Of a stretch of 59,963 nucleotides of DNA, positions 19,413 to 30,173 are shown piece by piece. Within the stretch, counting starts at the first letter, position 1. Every line of letters starts with the position of its first letter. Below the pieces are notes generated by a model that was not told the origin of the DNA, searched no databases, and worked only from the letters and a program-made list of their open reading frames with translations. Location: the NCBI GenBank assembly GCA_900546725.1, contig URDZ01000001.1:1-59963 (forward strand), read 5' to 3'. A program made the translations under genes and the position numbers. Source of the DNA: an uncultured Collinsella sp. (GTDB lineage: Bacteria > Actinomycetota > Coriobacteriia > Coriobacteriales > Coriobacteriaceae).

Positions 19413-19460
19413 TGATGTTCGATGAGCCGAGTCGGCGTCTCTCACAAAAGTAACTAGGAG

Positions 19461-22400
19461 CTAGCGAGGCTTATCCGAATTGACCTCATCGGTGGTGTCT
19501 TTTTCGAGCGCCGTGCGGCGGGCGCTGTAGGCGACGAGGCCTGCGCCTGCCGCGGCGAGTGCTGCAGCGGCTGCCGTAAGGGGAGCGCTGGCATCGCCCG
19601 TGCCTGCAAGCGCGCCCGCTTTTCCGGAGCGCTTGTTATTGCCGTGATCCTTGCCGCTGCCGGAGCGGCTTCCGCCGGAGCCGCCGCCCTCGTCGGTACC
19701 GCCGCCACTCGAGCCGCCACCGCCGTCCGCCGTCATCGGTGCGTCGTGAAGTCCTGTCGTATCCGCGCTGTCGCATACGCCGACCTGAACTTCTGAGCGT
19801 TCGCATGCCGCGTCGGGCACATGAAGCTCGTGCAGTACGGCACCCAGCGCCGAGTTTGCGCCCGGTCGAATTTCCTCGAGCGTTACGGGATCGAGCGCCA
19901 CCAGATTACGCGCCTTCGCATACAGCGTTACGCGTTTGCCCACCTCGTCGCTCCAACTCTCGGGGATAGCGAAGCTCATGCGGAACTGTGCCGTGCAACC
20001 CGGTGCCAGCACGGCGTTGCCGCTGTCGGCTACCAGCGGGTGCGTTGCAAAACGTGCGTCCAGCGTCTCGAGCGCGTACTTCACGTGTGCCATGTCGTTG
20101 GCCGAAGCATCCTCGGCAAGCTCCGGATCGTAGATCGAAGCCATGCGTGCGTTTGCTCCGAACCCGATGGATGCGCTGGAGAACGGCTGGCTGGAGCCCT
20201 CTCGGTACAGATCAATCGTGCCGGCGGTCAGCAAGGTGTTACCGTCGTTTCGCACCGTGACCATGAAGGATTCGCCTGCTGCTCCGGGCACCACCGCGCC
20301 CGAGGTAGCGACTGCGCCCGTCGGAGTGGCACACGCCACCAAGGGCACTTCGATGCCGTGTAGTTCTGCCTCGCTCTTCTCCGCGCTCACAATGTGCGTG
20401 GCGAGCGCCGAGAGCATGCCCCCCGACGTCAAAAATGTCGTTATCTGATCGATGGGATGGTCCAGCTCGCACATCACGAACGGCTCCGTGAACAGATCGC
20501 CTGCCAAGGTGCTGGCGAAGATGCGGAAGTGCTTGCCCATCACTGCTACCGGGTTGCCTTCTTCGTCGTAGGTTTGTCCCACCTTGCCATCGGTGTTCTC
20601 TACATAGAGCACGCACCTGCCGTTGTTGCTTACGCTAAACGATGCCGGGCCACAGCCTGCGGCACCCACGGGCTGCGTTGCAAATGCCGATGCGCCTCGT
20701 GCCCAAGTAATATGCTGCAGCTGCTCGTTGACGGTAGCCAAAAAGCCCGTGTGCTGCGGCCACGGCACCGCGTGGGGTACTGTGGCATCTGGCGACATAA
20801 CGCCCCAGCCCGCAATGGACTGGCCGATCACGGCGTACGATGCACAGCCACAACCGCCTGCGGTCTCGTATGCAACGGGCACCACCATTTTGCCGTTGAT
20901 ATTCTCGGGCGCGCCGAGCTCGATGCTCGACGGTGCCTGCGGAAAGCGGAGGACCTGACGGAACGTGAGACTGTCGCCCGAAACGTCCGACCACAGGGTA
21001 AAGCACTCCAGCGCAACCTCGGCCTCGCTGCCGAGCGTCTTTTCTGCGGTGGTTCCGCGGCGGTGGAGGTAGGCGCCCGACAGGCGCCCGTCGACAAGTG
21101 TCTTGCCCACCGTGATGCGTGGGCACTGCAGGCAATGGTAGCCATCCTCCTGAAGGCGGCCGCGCGAGATGCTGCGCCACGACGTGTGCGATATCACGCG
21201 AACTCCGTCGTTGCTTACGCGCAGGCGCACAACGGACAGTATGCCGGATGTGCTCGCCGTATCGAAAAGGGTGTTGTCGCCGGCGGGGCGCTCGCCCGAG
21301 ACCAGCAGCACGTAGGCGTCCTGGTTTCCTCTTCCGTCCGTATATTCCACTACGTCGAAGTCGTAATCGTATATGCCGTCGCGCTCCACGTCGCCCTCGC
21401 CAAACCCAAGGGGAAAGTCCACAGGCGTGGGAGCGGACATCGTTCCGTTTGCCTTTGTGTGTACCACCAGGCGCGAGCGACCATTGTCGCCGTAGCGCAC
21501 TGAGGCGATACGGAACAGGCATTCTACGCCGGCAATCATTGCCAGCTTCATGTGGGCTTCGCTGAGCACGCCAGCAAACAGCACGTTGTCGCTCGAGGGT
21601 TTTATGCCGCCACGCTCGTCCTCCGACACGCCGGCAGAATTGGCGTTCGGGTCGGCAACGGTGTTCGTTGCCTGACCGATATAGGTGTACTCATACATCG
21701 GCGCGGCGTTTTCGTCGTTCTCTATCAGTGCATGGACGAAATGCTCGATCTGTCCCGTGTCGTCGCTTTCTGCATCCGCCTCGAGCTCAATGCGCGTGAC
21801 CGCTTGATCCCAATCGCGCACGACAGGCGCGGCGTTTACGGCAGTGGCCTTAACCTCGGCGCGTGCGAGCAGTTCGGCGTTGGTGACGATGGTGGCCGAT
21901 GCGATAAATTGCGGCACGCCGCCCGCCTCAATGTTGCCGGCCGAGCCGAAGCAGGCATCCAGCGTATAAGGCGTATCTCCATCCAATGCGAGCTCAGAGC
22001 GCTGGAGCACATACTGGTCGCCATTGTTCACCGACATATTCCACGAATCGATGAGTGTGGGCCACGACCCCGACCAAGCCTTGGTGGTCCACTTGAACAT
22101 TACGAACTGGAGTATTACATCGACATCGACGTCTGCACCTACACGCAGTCGCGGAAGCTGGTGTCCATTTGCCTTTTCGTACCCAATGAACAGCGTGAGG
22201 GATGCGGCGCCGCGCACGGCAGACGAAGCGACGCCTGCAACGCCGGCGCCAAAGGTGACGGCAAGCCCGATCTGGATGGTGAACGAGCCCGACGTGTTTG
22301 AATAGTCGAGCGAAATGTTTTTAAAAAACGCCGCGCCGCTGCCGTGCGTGTGGGCACCCACGGCGAGCGCCAGTTTTGCCAGCACCCAGGGGTTGACGTT

Positions 22401-23828
22401 TAGGAAAAATGGCACCGGTCCTAGGGTAAACTGCTCGGTCCAATTGAGGTCGGTTCTTACCTGGAAGAGGGCCTTAATATTGCCGTATGCGGGGTCGTTG
22501 TTGTTACCCCAGGTTTTGCCCACCCAATCGTAGGCGAGCGAGCCGTACAGCTGTGTGGCGATATCCATCGTGAACAGCGGCGTGCAATGGTGGCGAAGGA
22601 GCTTGGTGTTTCTTGGATCGGTGCCCGAACCGGCACTCATCCTCTTGTACTGATTCCACTTCCCCTCCATCTCGTCGAGGTAGCGGTTTGCCTGCTTGGC
22701 GCCCGACTCGCGCGGCGATTTCTTCCAGTATTCCGGATCAGGGTTGCCCGAATCGTTCATATAGCTAGCTGGTTTGTACCCTCCGCCAAACAGCACGTAT
22801 CCAGCAAACGAGAAATCGAACAGAATGGGAAATGTGGGCATCCAGCACGTGAACTTATTGCCGCCGATACCGGGAAACGCCGCGGGGAAATCAAACGGAG
22901 TGATCTCTTGGTCCATGGTGGTGGGAATGATGGTGGTCGAGCCCGATTCCGCCTTTGCGGCCGGCGCGGTGACAACGGCCATAGGGGATGAGAGCGTGTA
23001 GGTTTTGCCCTGGTAGTCGAGCATAAAGCGCAGCTTGCACCCTTCCTCCAGAAGGCCCGAAGCTGCATCGAGGAACTTGTCTTCGAGTGTGAACGTCGCC
23101 AGATTATCCACGCTCGATGCGCTGGCCGTGACTTGGCCAATCTGCGTGACGGTTTCGGATGAGCTGCCCGCAGCGGGCATCACTTTATTGATATGCAACG
23201 TTGCCTGCCCGCCCTGCGGCAGATGGGCCTGCACGGTAAAAGCGTGCGTGTCGGGCTGATTGTTTGCTGCTTCGTCCGCTGGCATTGCCATAAACGTGGC
23301 GTCGGCGTACTGGATGTCCCATTCGTCGAATGTGAGCTGGCGAAAGTACGGCTCGCCATCGGAGAGCGGACGTGTGGGTGCGGTAATGGCGGTGCCGCCC
23401 TGAATACGCGCAAGGGGAATCTCGACATCACGGTAGCCTTTCATGCTGATGGAGATACCGCCGTTAAAGTCGTACGCGTCAAGGAGCGTCGCCTCGTCCA
23501 CGTAGCCTTCCGAAAGTGGAGCAACCTCAAAGATCGCTGTGCCCTCGTCGTCGGTGGTGGCGGTGAGCTGTTTGCCTGCGGCGTAGCGCGACGTCAGCGT
23601 GACCTGGGCGCCCTCGATGGGCGTCTTCTTGTTGGCGACATCGACCACGACCACACCAAACATGGTGCGCGAGAGTACGAGCACCTTGAAGGGATTTTCT
23701 TCATCGGCATAGGCTTCGGCGGGCGCGAACGGCAGTATGAAGGCGTTTGAGGTGCCCGGCACGCGCGGCAACATAATGCTCGCCAGCGAGGACGCTCCGG
23801 CAACAAGTAACGAACGGCGATCAAGCAT
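19461..23828 (-). CDS. Large surface protein with a twin-arginine-like signal and a sortase-like anchor
   Basis: MLDRRSLLVAG...AEAYA at the N-terminus; Gly/Ser linker, LAGTGD, hydrophobic helix and RR tail at the C-terminus. Confidence 0.8.
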   Translation of the reverse strand: MLDRRSLLVAGASSLASIMLPRVPGTSNAFILPFAPAEAYADEENPFKVLVLSRTMFGVVVVDVANKKTPIEGAQVTLTSRYAAGKQLTATTDDEGTAIFEVAPLSEGYVDEATLLDAYDFNGGISISMKGYRDVEIPLARIQGGTAITAPTRPLSDGEPYFRQLTFDEWDIQYADATFMAMPADEAANNQPDTHAFTVQAHLPQGGQATLHINKVMPAAGSSSETVTQIGQVTASASSVDNLATFTLEDKFLDAASGLLEEGCKLRFMLDYQGKTYTLSSPMAVVTAPAAKAESGSTTIIPTTMDQEITPFDFPAAFPGIGGNKFTCWMPTFPILFDFSFAGYVLFGGGYKPASYMNDSGNPDPEYWKKSPRESGAKQANRYLDEMEGKWNQYKRMSAGSGTDPRNTKLLRHHCTPLFTMDIATQLYGSLAYDWVGKTWGNNNDPAYGNIKALFQVRTDLNWTEQFTLGPVPFFLNVNPWVLAKLALAVGAHTHGSGAAFFKNISLDYSNTSGSFTIQIGLAVTFGAGVAGVASSAVRGAASLTLFIGYEKANGHQLPRLRVGADVDVDVILQFVMFKWTTKAWSGSWPTLIDSWNMSVNNGDQYVLQRSELALDGDTPYTLDACFGSAGNIEAGGVPQFIASATIVTNAELLARAEVKATAVNAAPVVRDWDQAVTRIELEADAESDDTGQIEHFVHALIENDENAAPMYEYTYIGQATNTVADPNANSAGVSEDERGGIKPSSDNVLFAGVLSEAHMKLAMIAGVECLFRIASVRYGDNGRSRLVVHTKANGTMSAPTPVDFPLGFGEGDVERDGIYDYDFDVVEYTDGRGNQDAYVLLVSGERPAGDNTLFDTASTSGILSVVRLRVSNDGVRVISHTSWRSISRGRLQEDGYHCLQCPRITVGKTLVDGRLSGAYLHRRGTTAEKTLGSEAEVALECFTLWSDVSGDSLTFRQVLRFPQAPSSIELGAPENINGKMVVPVAYETAGGCGCASYAVIGQSIAGWGVMSPDATVPHAVPWPQHTGFLATVNEQLQHITWARGASAFATQPVGAAGCGPASFSVSNNGRCVLYVENTDGKVGQTYDEEGNPVAVMGKHFRIFASTLAGDLFTEPFVMCELDHPIDQITTFLTSGGMLSALATHIVSAEKSEAELHGIEVPLVACATPTGAVATSGAVVPGAAGESFMVTVRNDGNTLLTAGTIDLYREGSSQPFSSASIGFGANARMASIYDPELAEDASANDMAHVKYALETLDARFATHPLVADSGNAVLAPGCTAQFRMSFAIPESWSDEVGKRVTLYAKARNLVALDPVTLEEIRPGANSALGAVLHELHVPDAACERSEVQVGVCDSADTTGLHDAPMTADGGGGSSGGGTDEGGGSGGSRSGSGKDHGNNKRSGKAGALAGTGDASAPLTAAAAALAAAGAGLVAYSARRTALEKDTTDEVNSDKPR

Positions 23829-23984
23829 CTTGGGCTCCCATCCCGCAGGTATCGGTGGAAATAATCCAATTTTGCGAGAAGGCATCCTGTCACGGTAGTG
23901 CCGTCCGAGGGCCAAAATGTCCAATTTGAGCGAGCGAAGCGCCGGGGCTCCGGGGCGCACGTGCCGCGCTAGGCAGTCTGGCCG

Positions 23985-24989
23985 CTAACGCAGCATATGA
24001 GCGACCAGTTCGGTGCGCGTGCCGATGCCAAGCTTTGCATACACACTGGATAGGCGGTTTTTGACAGTGCCCGGCGATACTCCCATATGACGAGCGATTT
24101 CGGCGTTGGTCCATCCGCGGCAGGCGAGCATGGCCATGGTGAACTCTGTGGTCGTCAGGTCGTCAGCCACGTCCTCGCCCGAATCGGGGTTGTGGATGCG
24201 CCGCCAGCCGTAGCTGAATCGGTACGTGATCTCGATGATGCGCGCGAAGTCGTCAGGGTATTGCGTTTTTAGGCACGCCTCGATGAGCCCCTGTAAAAGG
24301 CCGTGATGCTCGCCAATGAGCTCGATAAGGCCGTCGGGACGCGCAATGTTCCAAGCGGTTCCGAAGTGCGTTTTTGCGGCGTCGATGTCCTTGAGGCTCA
24401 TGCATGCCATGGAAGCTGCCAGGTGAAGGAACAGTTCCGAGATCGGATAGCTCCCCTGTTTCATGATCAGGGCGTTTTCCGCCATGCCCAGACTGCGGCC
24501 GTATTCGCCGTGCAGATACAAGGCGTGCGCCATCACGTAGCTGGCGAACAGGCGCAGGCCTTCGGGCAGATGCGCCGCAAGTGGATAAAACTCTTCGGCG
24601 GAATGCGGGGAAGGCAAGTGCAGCAGGACGCTCGCGGCCGAGGCGAACAGGATATGCGTGGCGTGGATGGCGGGCGATTCCTCGTCGGCCGGCGTATCGA
24701 GGATGCCAGCAAGGCACCGGCGGGCGTCGGCGATACGGTTGAGCGACAGGCTGGCGTATCCGCAGATAAAGCATGCGGAATAGCGCAGCGCGGGATCGGT
24801 GGCGTCAAGATAGGGGCGCGCCGTCTTGGCAGCGAGGGTGGCCTGTCCGCGAAAGTACAGCGCTTCTGCCGTGGCAATGGCGCGCGAATCGGGGTCGGAA
24901 ATGCCTGCAACCGCAGCGTCAATCTGTCCCGGCACAAAGGCGGTGCACATCAACGGCATGGGAACGCATGGGTAGCCATCGCAGTCCAT
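23985..24989 (-). CDS. LuxR-family regulator (C-terminal HTH)
   Basis: LTTTEFTMAMLACRGWTNAEIARHMGVSPGTVKNRLSSVYAKLGI; start uncertain. Confidence 0.88.
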   Translation of the reverse strand: MDCDGYPCVPMPLMCTAFVPGQIDAAVAGISDPDSRAIATAEALYFRGQATLAAKTARPYLDATDPALRYSACFICGYASLSLNRIADARRCLAGILDTPADEESPAIHATHILFASAASVLLHLPSPHSAEEFYPLAAHLPEGLRLFASYVMAHALYLHGEYGRSLGMAENALIMKQGSYPISELFLHLAASMACMSLKDIDAAKTHFGTAWNIARPDGLIELIGEHHGLLQGLIEACLKTQYPDDFARIIEITYRFSYGWRRIHNPDSGEDVADDLTTTEFTMAMLACRGWTNAEIARHMGVSPGTVKNRLSSVYAKLGIGTRTELVAHMLR

Positions 24990-25263
24990 CTTCCATCTCC
25001 CAACGGCTGGCAACAATAGCAGCAATTGTACTCCTGTTGCTCGGGACTGGAATTTGTGGGTATCGCCGACGATTATGCCGAACGTATAAAGGAAGACTAG
25101 CGGCTCTCTTGAACCCGAGGTCGAAGGGGGCGTTGTACAAGGCATATGGGGCCGAGTGGAAGTAGATCAAAAGAGCGTTACTTGACGTTTCATGCATAAT
25201 GCCAACCGCCCCGCGACATCACGTTCGCAGCGCGCAGGGGCCGGAGAATCTTCGCGATGAGAG

Positions 25264-25292
25264 TTGACGTCTAATACCTTGCATCGTATAGT
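25264..25292 (+). promoter_or_regulatory. Sigma70-type promoter of the PadR operon
   Basis: TTGACG-17 nt-TATAGT. Confidence 0.7.
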
Positions 25293-25329
25293 GTGTATAG
25301 CATAGTATATGACGAGAGGAGGTGTGCGG

Positions 25330-25650
25330 ATGGAGGCCCAGATGAAGCGCGGCTTCCTGGAGGCCTGCGTGCTCGCGGCCGTCTCCGGCGAGGAGTCCTA
25401 CGGCTACCAGATCGTGAAGGACGTGCCGGCGAGCATGGGGCTCACGGAGTCGACGCTCTACCCGCTGCTCAAGCGCCTGGAGAAGGCCGGGTGCATCACG
25501 GCGCGCTCTGCCGAGCACAACGGGCGGCTGCGCCGGTACTACCGCATCACGGACGATGGGCGTGCGCGCATCGAGGAGTTCCTGGCCGAGTGGCCGTCCG
25601 TACGGGAGATTTACGCATACGTTAAGGGGGCGCACCATGACGCGCGATGA
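25330..25650 (+). CDS. PadR-family regulator
   Basis: ESYGYQI, ESTLYPLLKRLE, RRYYRITDDG; AGGAGG RBS. Confidence 0.92.
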   Translation: MEAQMKRGFLEACVLAAVSGEESYGYQIVKDVPASMGLTESTLYPLLKRLEKAGCITARSAEHNGRLRRYYRITDDGRARIEEFLAEWPSVREIYAYVKGAHHDAR

Positions 25651-26260
25651 GTTTCTGGGCCGGTTGGGCGAGCTGCTTGCCTGCCTGCCGGCCGAGCAGG
25701 TGGAGGAGACCAAGGCGTTCTATGCGGAGGCCATCGCCGACCGCATGGAGGACGGTATGAGCGAGGAGGAGGCCGTGGCCGCCATGGGCGCCCCCGGCGA
25801 GGTTGCCGAGGCCACGCTCGACGACCTGCCCGCCGTGCCGCGCGCGATCGCGAGGACGCGCCGGCGCAGCACCGCGCTGCTGTGGGTGCTGACCATCGTG
25901 GGTTCCCCGGTGTGGGTGCCGCTGCTCGCCGCCTTCGCCGCCGTGGCCGTCACGGTCTATATCTGCATCTGGGTGCTGGCGCTCTGCGTGTGGATCGTCG
26001 CGGCGGCACTCGGGGGCGTGGGCGTAGTTGAGCTCCTGCTTGCCGTAAGCGGCGTCACCATCGGCCACTTCCCGTACGCCCTCGCCTCGGCGGGCGTGGG
26101 GCTCGGCCTCGTCGGCGTGGCGCTCTTCGTTGGTGCTGGCGCTTGGGCCGCCTCAAAACAAATTGCGCGCCTCTCGGCGCTCTGGGCGAGGAAGGCCGCC
26201 TCGCCCTTCTGGAAGGGTAAGGGCGAGAAGGGCGGCGCTGCCGCGCATCTCGCGGCGTAG
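25637..26260 (+). CDS. DUF1700 membrane protein
   Basis: MTRDEFLGRL...FYAEAIADRMEDGMSEEEAVAAMGAP, followed by TM helices; follows padR. Confidence 0.88.
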   Translation: MTRDEFLGRLGELLACLPAEQVEETKAFYAEAIADRMEDGMSEEEAVAAMGAPGEVAEATLDDLPAVPRAIARTRRRSTALLWVLTIVGSPVWVPLLAAFAAVAVTVYICIWVLALCVWIVAAALGGVGVVELLLAVSGVTIGHFPYALASAGVGLGLVGVALFVGAGAWAASKQIARLSALWARKAASPFWKGKGEKGGAAAHLAA

Positions 26261-26266
26261 AAAGGA

Positions 26267-26557
26267 GTGAGTACCATGACCAGCGCGAAGAAGATCTACC
26301 TCGCCGTGGCGGGCGGGCTCGTTGCCGCGGGTGTTGTCCTCGCGGGCATTGGCTTTATCGCTTCGGGTTTCGACCCGGCCGTGTTCACAACCCAAATCGA
26401 CACGCGCGACAGCACCATCGTGCTCGGCGGCGTCGAGGTGGACGACCCGACGGGCCTCCCCCTCATCGAGCAGCTCGCCGGAATCGGCGAGGTCGACACC
26501 TCCGGCATCACCGCGTCCGAGTCCCCTGCTGCCCCGGAGGCGCCCACCGCTCCCTAA
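26267..26557 (+). CDS. Small membrane-anchored hypothetical protein
   Basis: AAAGGAG RBS, N-terminal TM helix, third gene of the PadR operon; start may be 26276. Confidence 0.65.
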   Translation: MSTMTSAKKIYLAVAGGLVAAGVVLAGIGFIASGFDPAVFTTQIDTRDSTIVLGGVEVDDPTGLPLIEQLAGIGEVDTSGITASESPAAPEAPTAP

Positions 26558-26719
26558 GCATAGCGTGCCCGGACGCCCCGTCCGTCGGGCTGTGCAAGCC
26601 TGTGGAACCCGGACCTCAACCCCAACCCAACCGGCCTCGAGCCTGCGTCGATTCGCTCCCCGTCCCGCGCGGGGGCCCATGACGCATACCCAAAATCCAT
26701 CCGAGGAGAAAGGAACGCA

Positions 26720-27037
26720 ATGACGACAGCCATGCCCCTCCGCCTTCACGGGGTCACGAAGGCGTACCGCGGGAGGACCGTCCTCGGCCCCATCGACCTC
26801 GCCCTCGAGGCGGGGCGCGTCTACGGGCTCATCGGCGAAAACGGCGCCGGGAAGTCAACGCTCATCTGTATCGTCACTGGCACCGCCAGCCCCAGCTCGG
26901 GCTCGGTTGAGCTGTTCGGCGAGCGCGGCGGGCGCGGGCTTGCCGCCGCCCGGAGGCGTATGGGCTACATGCCCGACGCGAGCTCGGCCTACCCGGGGCT
27001 CTCTGCGCGGGAGAATGGATTTGCAACGGTTGCTTAA
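26720..27037 (+). pseudogene. Truncated ABC transporter ATP-binding gene
   Basis: Walker A GENGAGKST; stops after PGLSAREN with no signature motif or Walker B. Confidence 0.8.
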
Positions 27038-27206
27038 ACATTTTTTACAGGGACAGCCCTGCGTTCCTGAACTCAACTGGGCTCATGTAGACCAGTGTCG
27101 AAGGGGCAGTCGCCCCAGTCCGCGTACCAGACCTGTGTGCCGCCGAGGGAATACTTCCTCCAGTAGGGCCAGTGCGGGACGTCCATCCTCTCTTCCTTTC
27201 GGGGCG

Positions 27207-27656
27207 TCAGGCGCCGGGCCCAAGGCCGCACCTGCGCCCCAGCTCCGCCACGAGGGCGTCGTTGTCTCTGACCGAGACGATGGCGTCGCCGTCGTAGGGC
27301 GCCTCGATGTAGACGCGGTCGAGCGAGTTGGCCGTCCCCGCCCAGAGCGTCCTGGTGCGCCGGACGCCCCGCACGTGGGCGTAGGGTATCACCGAACGCG
27401 TCCCAGCGTACACGACGACGAGGCGGTCGCCGTAGAGCTCGAGGCGATTGCTGCGGACGGGAAGGGCAGCCAGGGCCACGAGGGCCGGGATGGGCAGCAG
27501 CGCGAGCCAGCCCCATAGGAGCGCGGGACTCGAGCTCAGGAAACACGCGATACACGCCGCGGATAAACCGCCCGCCACAATCACCATGGCCGCTATGAAC
27601 CACGGGTCTGTCCTGCCGGGGAACACCCGCTCCGGCCGCTCGTCCTTCTCACCCAT
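27207..27656 (-). CDS. Bacterial PH-domain membrane protein
   Basis: Two TM helices then IPYAHVRGVRRT...ANSLDRVYI. Confidence 0.7.
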   Translation of the reverse strand: MGEKDERPERVFPGRTDPWFIAAMVIVAGGLSAACIACFLSSSPALLWGWLALLPIPALVALAALPVRSNRLELYGDRLVVVYAGTRSVIPYAHVRGVRRTRTLWAGTANSLDRVYIEAPYDGDAIVSVRDNDALVAELGRRCGLGPGA

Positions 27657-27754
27657 TACGGCCCTTCCGTCTCTTGCACCCCTCCCGGAACTGTCCGCAT
27701 CAGTATAGCCAATGCTTTTTCTGATTTGTTGAGAAGCCGGCATTTGGGGGCATT

Positions 27755-28040
27755 TTGGATAGCGAACAGTTCAAACAAGAAGCTGAGAAAATAGAACAAA
27801 GCCTGAGTGCCTTGAGAGTCGCCGAGCGCAATGCAGTGATTCCCTTTATGAACGGCGACTTTACCCAATGGGATCTATATCTGGCATCCTCCTCTGAGTA
27901 TGCGATGAGACTGATAGACGGATTCATCTCCATGCTCGGGTCGAGGAATCTTGTTTGCGTCGCCCAGCTTCTCCGCGCACAGATTGGAGTCTGCCTGCGG
28001 ACATTCGCGTTATTCGCCGCCGAAGACCGGGATGACTTTC
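27755..28040 (+). pseudogene. N-terminal fragment of a hypothetical gene
   Basis: Protein-like to ...FAAEDRDDF, then runs into the antisense arginase fragment. Confidence 0.45.
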
Positions 28041-28280
28041 TCCCAAAAGGCTGCCAAGTACCATGGCGTGAGCGTTGGGGTAGTCATCATTCAGCGTGGA
28101 TACATCCGGATGCGCATAGATCCAGACGATTCCAACGTTCTCGTATTTCCCGTGCAGGTAATCGAAGAGGGCAAGCGACACCATACAATTGCCGCCGACG
28201 GTCACGACTCTGTCGGGGTTTTCTGCCGTAAGCTTCCTCTGCGCATCCTGAATCCCCGCCAGGACTTCGTCCTCGGCATA
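28040..28280 (-). pseudogene. Arginase-family fragment
   Basis: TVGGNCMVSLA...VWIYAHPD (DAHxD altered)...AHAMVL; both ends missing. Confidence 0.75.
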
Positions 28281-28362
28281 GATGCGAACTTGCCTCCCAT
28301 TTCTCATGTCCAAGTTTTGGGACGCGTTTCACAATGCCGAGTGGGACCCCTGGACAGTCGGA

Positions 28363-29502
28363 TCACGTGGTGGCCCCCTTTGAGAGGCTTACGAGCATGG
28401 TAGTCCCGTTCTCGGAACTTGTTTCGACCTCTACCGTGCCACCGTGAAGCGCTGCAATCTCCCAAACGAGTGCTAGTCCGAGTCCTGCGCCACCGTATGC
28501 CCTGCTGCGGGATTTGTCTAGACGAAAGAACGGTTGGAAGATGCTCTCACGGTACTGCTTGGGTATTCCCGGGCCCTGGTCCTCGACTCGCAGGAACACG
28601 TGGCTGTCGTTGTCGCAGATGGAGACGGTAACGCTCGAGTCGGTGCGGCTATAGCGGATAGCGTTTTCGGCCAGGTTAAACACCAGCCGATAGAGGAGCG
28701 TGTCGCTCCCGATTACTAAAGCGTCTCCAGCACAATTGAGGGCTATGCCCTTATTTTCGGCAAGTGGCGCAAGGTCGGTGAGGACCTCTTCGGACAAGGG
28801 ACCAAGTTCAACATCGTCATCGCAAGGAACGCTGCGGAGCTCACTCATCTCGAGCAATACCTTGGTCATTCGAGACATGCGCTCGGTTTGTTCTTGTAGC
28901 AGGCCGAGCAGCTCGGCTGTTTCGGGTTGCAGACCGGAGTGTTCGGAGATGAATAGTTCAACCTGTGCTTGCATAAGGGCGAGCGGGGTGCGCAGCTCGT
29001 GTGCGGCGTTGCCGGTAAACTGACGCTGTGCAGAGAACCCTTCGCCAAGACGGGCGATCATGTCGTTGAAAGAGGCGCTGCATCGTTGTAGCTCGGTGGG
29101 CACATCTTCACTGAGTCTGATTTCGCTTAGGTTGTCAGGCTGCACGCGTTCAACCTGGGCTGCAAAAGCCCGTAGCGGTTTGAGTGCACGGCCGCTCACA
29201 AAGTATGCCAACACGCCGCCAAGGAGTGTGACTCCAGCCGTGATGTACCAGGTTGTCGTGCCAAAAGACTCCTGCGCGTCGTTTACGACGATCGTGACCT
29301 TGTCATCGGGGGTCGCTTTCGTTGGGTCGAACGCCTGGGGCGAATCTTCGCCGGTTGCGTTAAAGGCCGAGATGTTACTGCCGATGGCATCCATGTAGCG
29401 CATGCCCGTATAGCCGACCAGGCAGTTCGTCAGCACGCATGCCGCACACGTGAGCAGCGCCGTCATAATCGTTATGCGCCATTGCAGCGAAAGCCTTTTC
29501 AT
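28363..29502 (-). CDS. HAMP sensor histidine kinase
   Basis: AHELRTPL, NLAENAIRY, DQGPG, GAGLGLAL. Confidence 0.95.
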   Translation of the reverse strand: MKRLSLQWRITIMTALLTCAACVLTNCLVGYTGMRYMDAIGSNISAFNATGEDSPQAFDPTKATPDDKVTIVVNDAQESFGTTTWYITAGVTLLGGVLAYFVSGRALKPLRAFAAQVERVQPDNLSEIRLSEDVPTELQRCSASFNDMIARLGEGFSAQRQFTGNAAHELRTPLALMQAQVELFISEHSGLQPETAELLGLLQEQTERMSRMTKVLLEMSELRSVPCDDDVELGPLSEEVLTDLAPLAENKGIALNCAGDALVIGSDTLLYRLVFNLAENAIRYSRTDSSVTVSICDNDSHVFLRVEDQGPGIPKQYRESIFQPFFRLDKSRSRAYGGAGLGLALVWEIAALHGGTVEVETSSENGTTMLVSLSKGATT

Positions 29503-30173
29503 TCGCCATCCTCCATAACGTAGCCCTCTCCAATCCGATTGCGAATTGGGTCGTATCCCAAAGCGCTGCGTAGCTTTTTGCGGAGCGACGAAATATGAAC
29601 GCGGGTTGCGTTGCTAAAGCTGTTCACGCTGCTATCCCAAACGTGCTCGATAAGCTCCTCTTGACTTACCGGACGCCCCTGATTAAGCATCAGGTATTCC
29701 AAGATTCCCGTTTCCTTGCGCGTAAGAGATAAAGCCTCGCTGTTCACGGAAGCGATGCGCGCCTTGGTGTCAAAGCGGAGCTTTCCGCAGGTTAATACTA
29801 TGTCGCTTTGTGCGAAGCGCCTGAGGGTAAGGCTGCGAATCCTTGCCGCAAGTTCGTCCAGATGAAACGGCTTGGTGAGGTAATCGTTGGCGCCGGCATC
29901 GAGCCCGTCGACTTTATCGGATACTTCGCCACGCGCGGACAGAATCAGTACCTTGGTCTCGCAATCGGTTTTCCTAAGTTCCCTGAGCACGGTCATGCCG
30001 TCGACATGGGGAAGATTAAGGTCGAGTACCACGAGGTCAAAGACTTCGACGTCCAGCAGGTCGAGCGCCTCCCGTCCATCGTGGCAGCAGTCGACGCTGT
30101 ATGCCAGGTTTCGCAAACTGCGTGCGATCGTGTCGCATAGTGCTCGCTCGTCTTCGACGATCAAAATACGCAT
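29499..30173 (-). CDS. OmpR-family response regulator
   Basis: RILIVEDE, LDLNLP, DYLTKPF, winged-helix C-terminus. Confidence 0.95.
   Translation of the reverse strand: MRILIVEDERALCDTIARSLRNLAYSVDCCHDGREALDLLDVEVFDLVVLDLNLPHVDGMTVLRELRKTDCETKVLILSARGEVSDKVDGLDAGANDYLTKPFHLDELAARIRSLTLRRFAQSDIVLTCGKLRFDTKARIASVNSEALSLTRKETGILEYLMLNQGRPVSQEELIEHVWDSSVNSFSNATRVHISSLRKKLRSALGYDPIRNRIGEGYVMEDGE

Noticed and set aside
27073..27186. 37-codon ORF MDVPHWPYWRKY... after a purine-rich RBS
   Set aside because: Probably the stump of a deleted gene; family not recognisable
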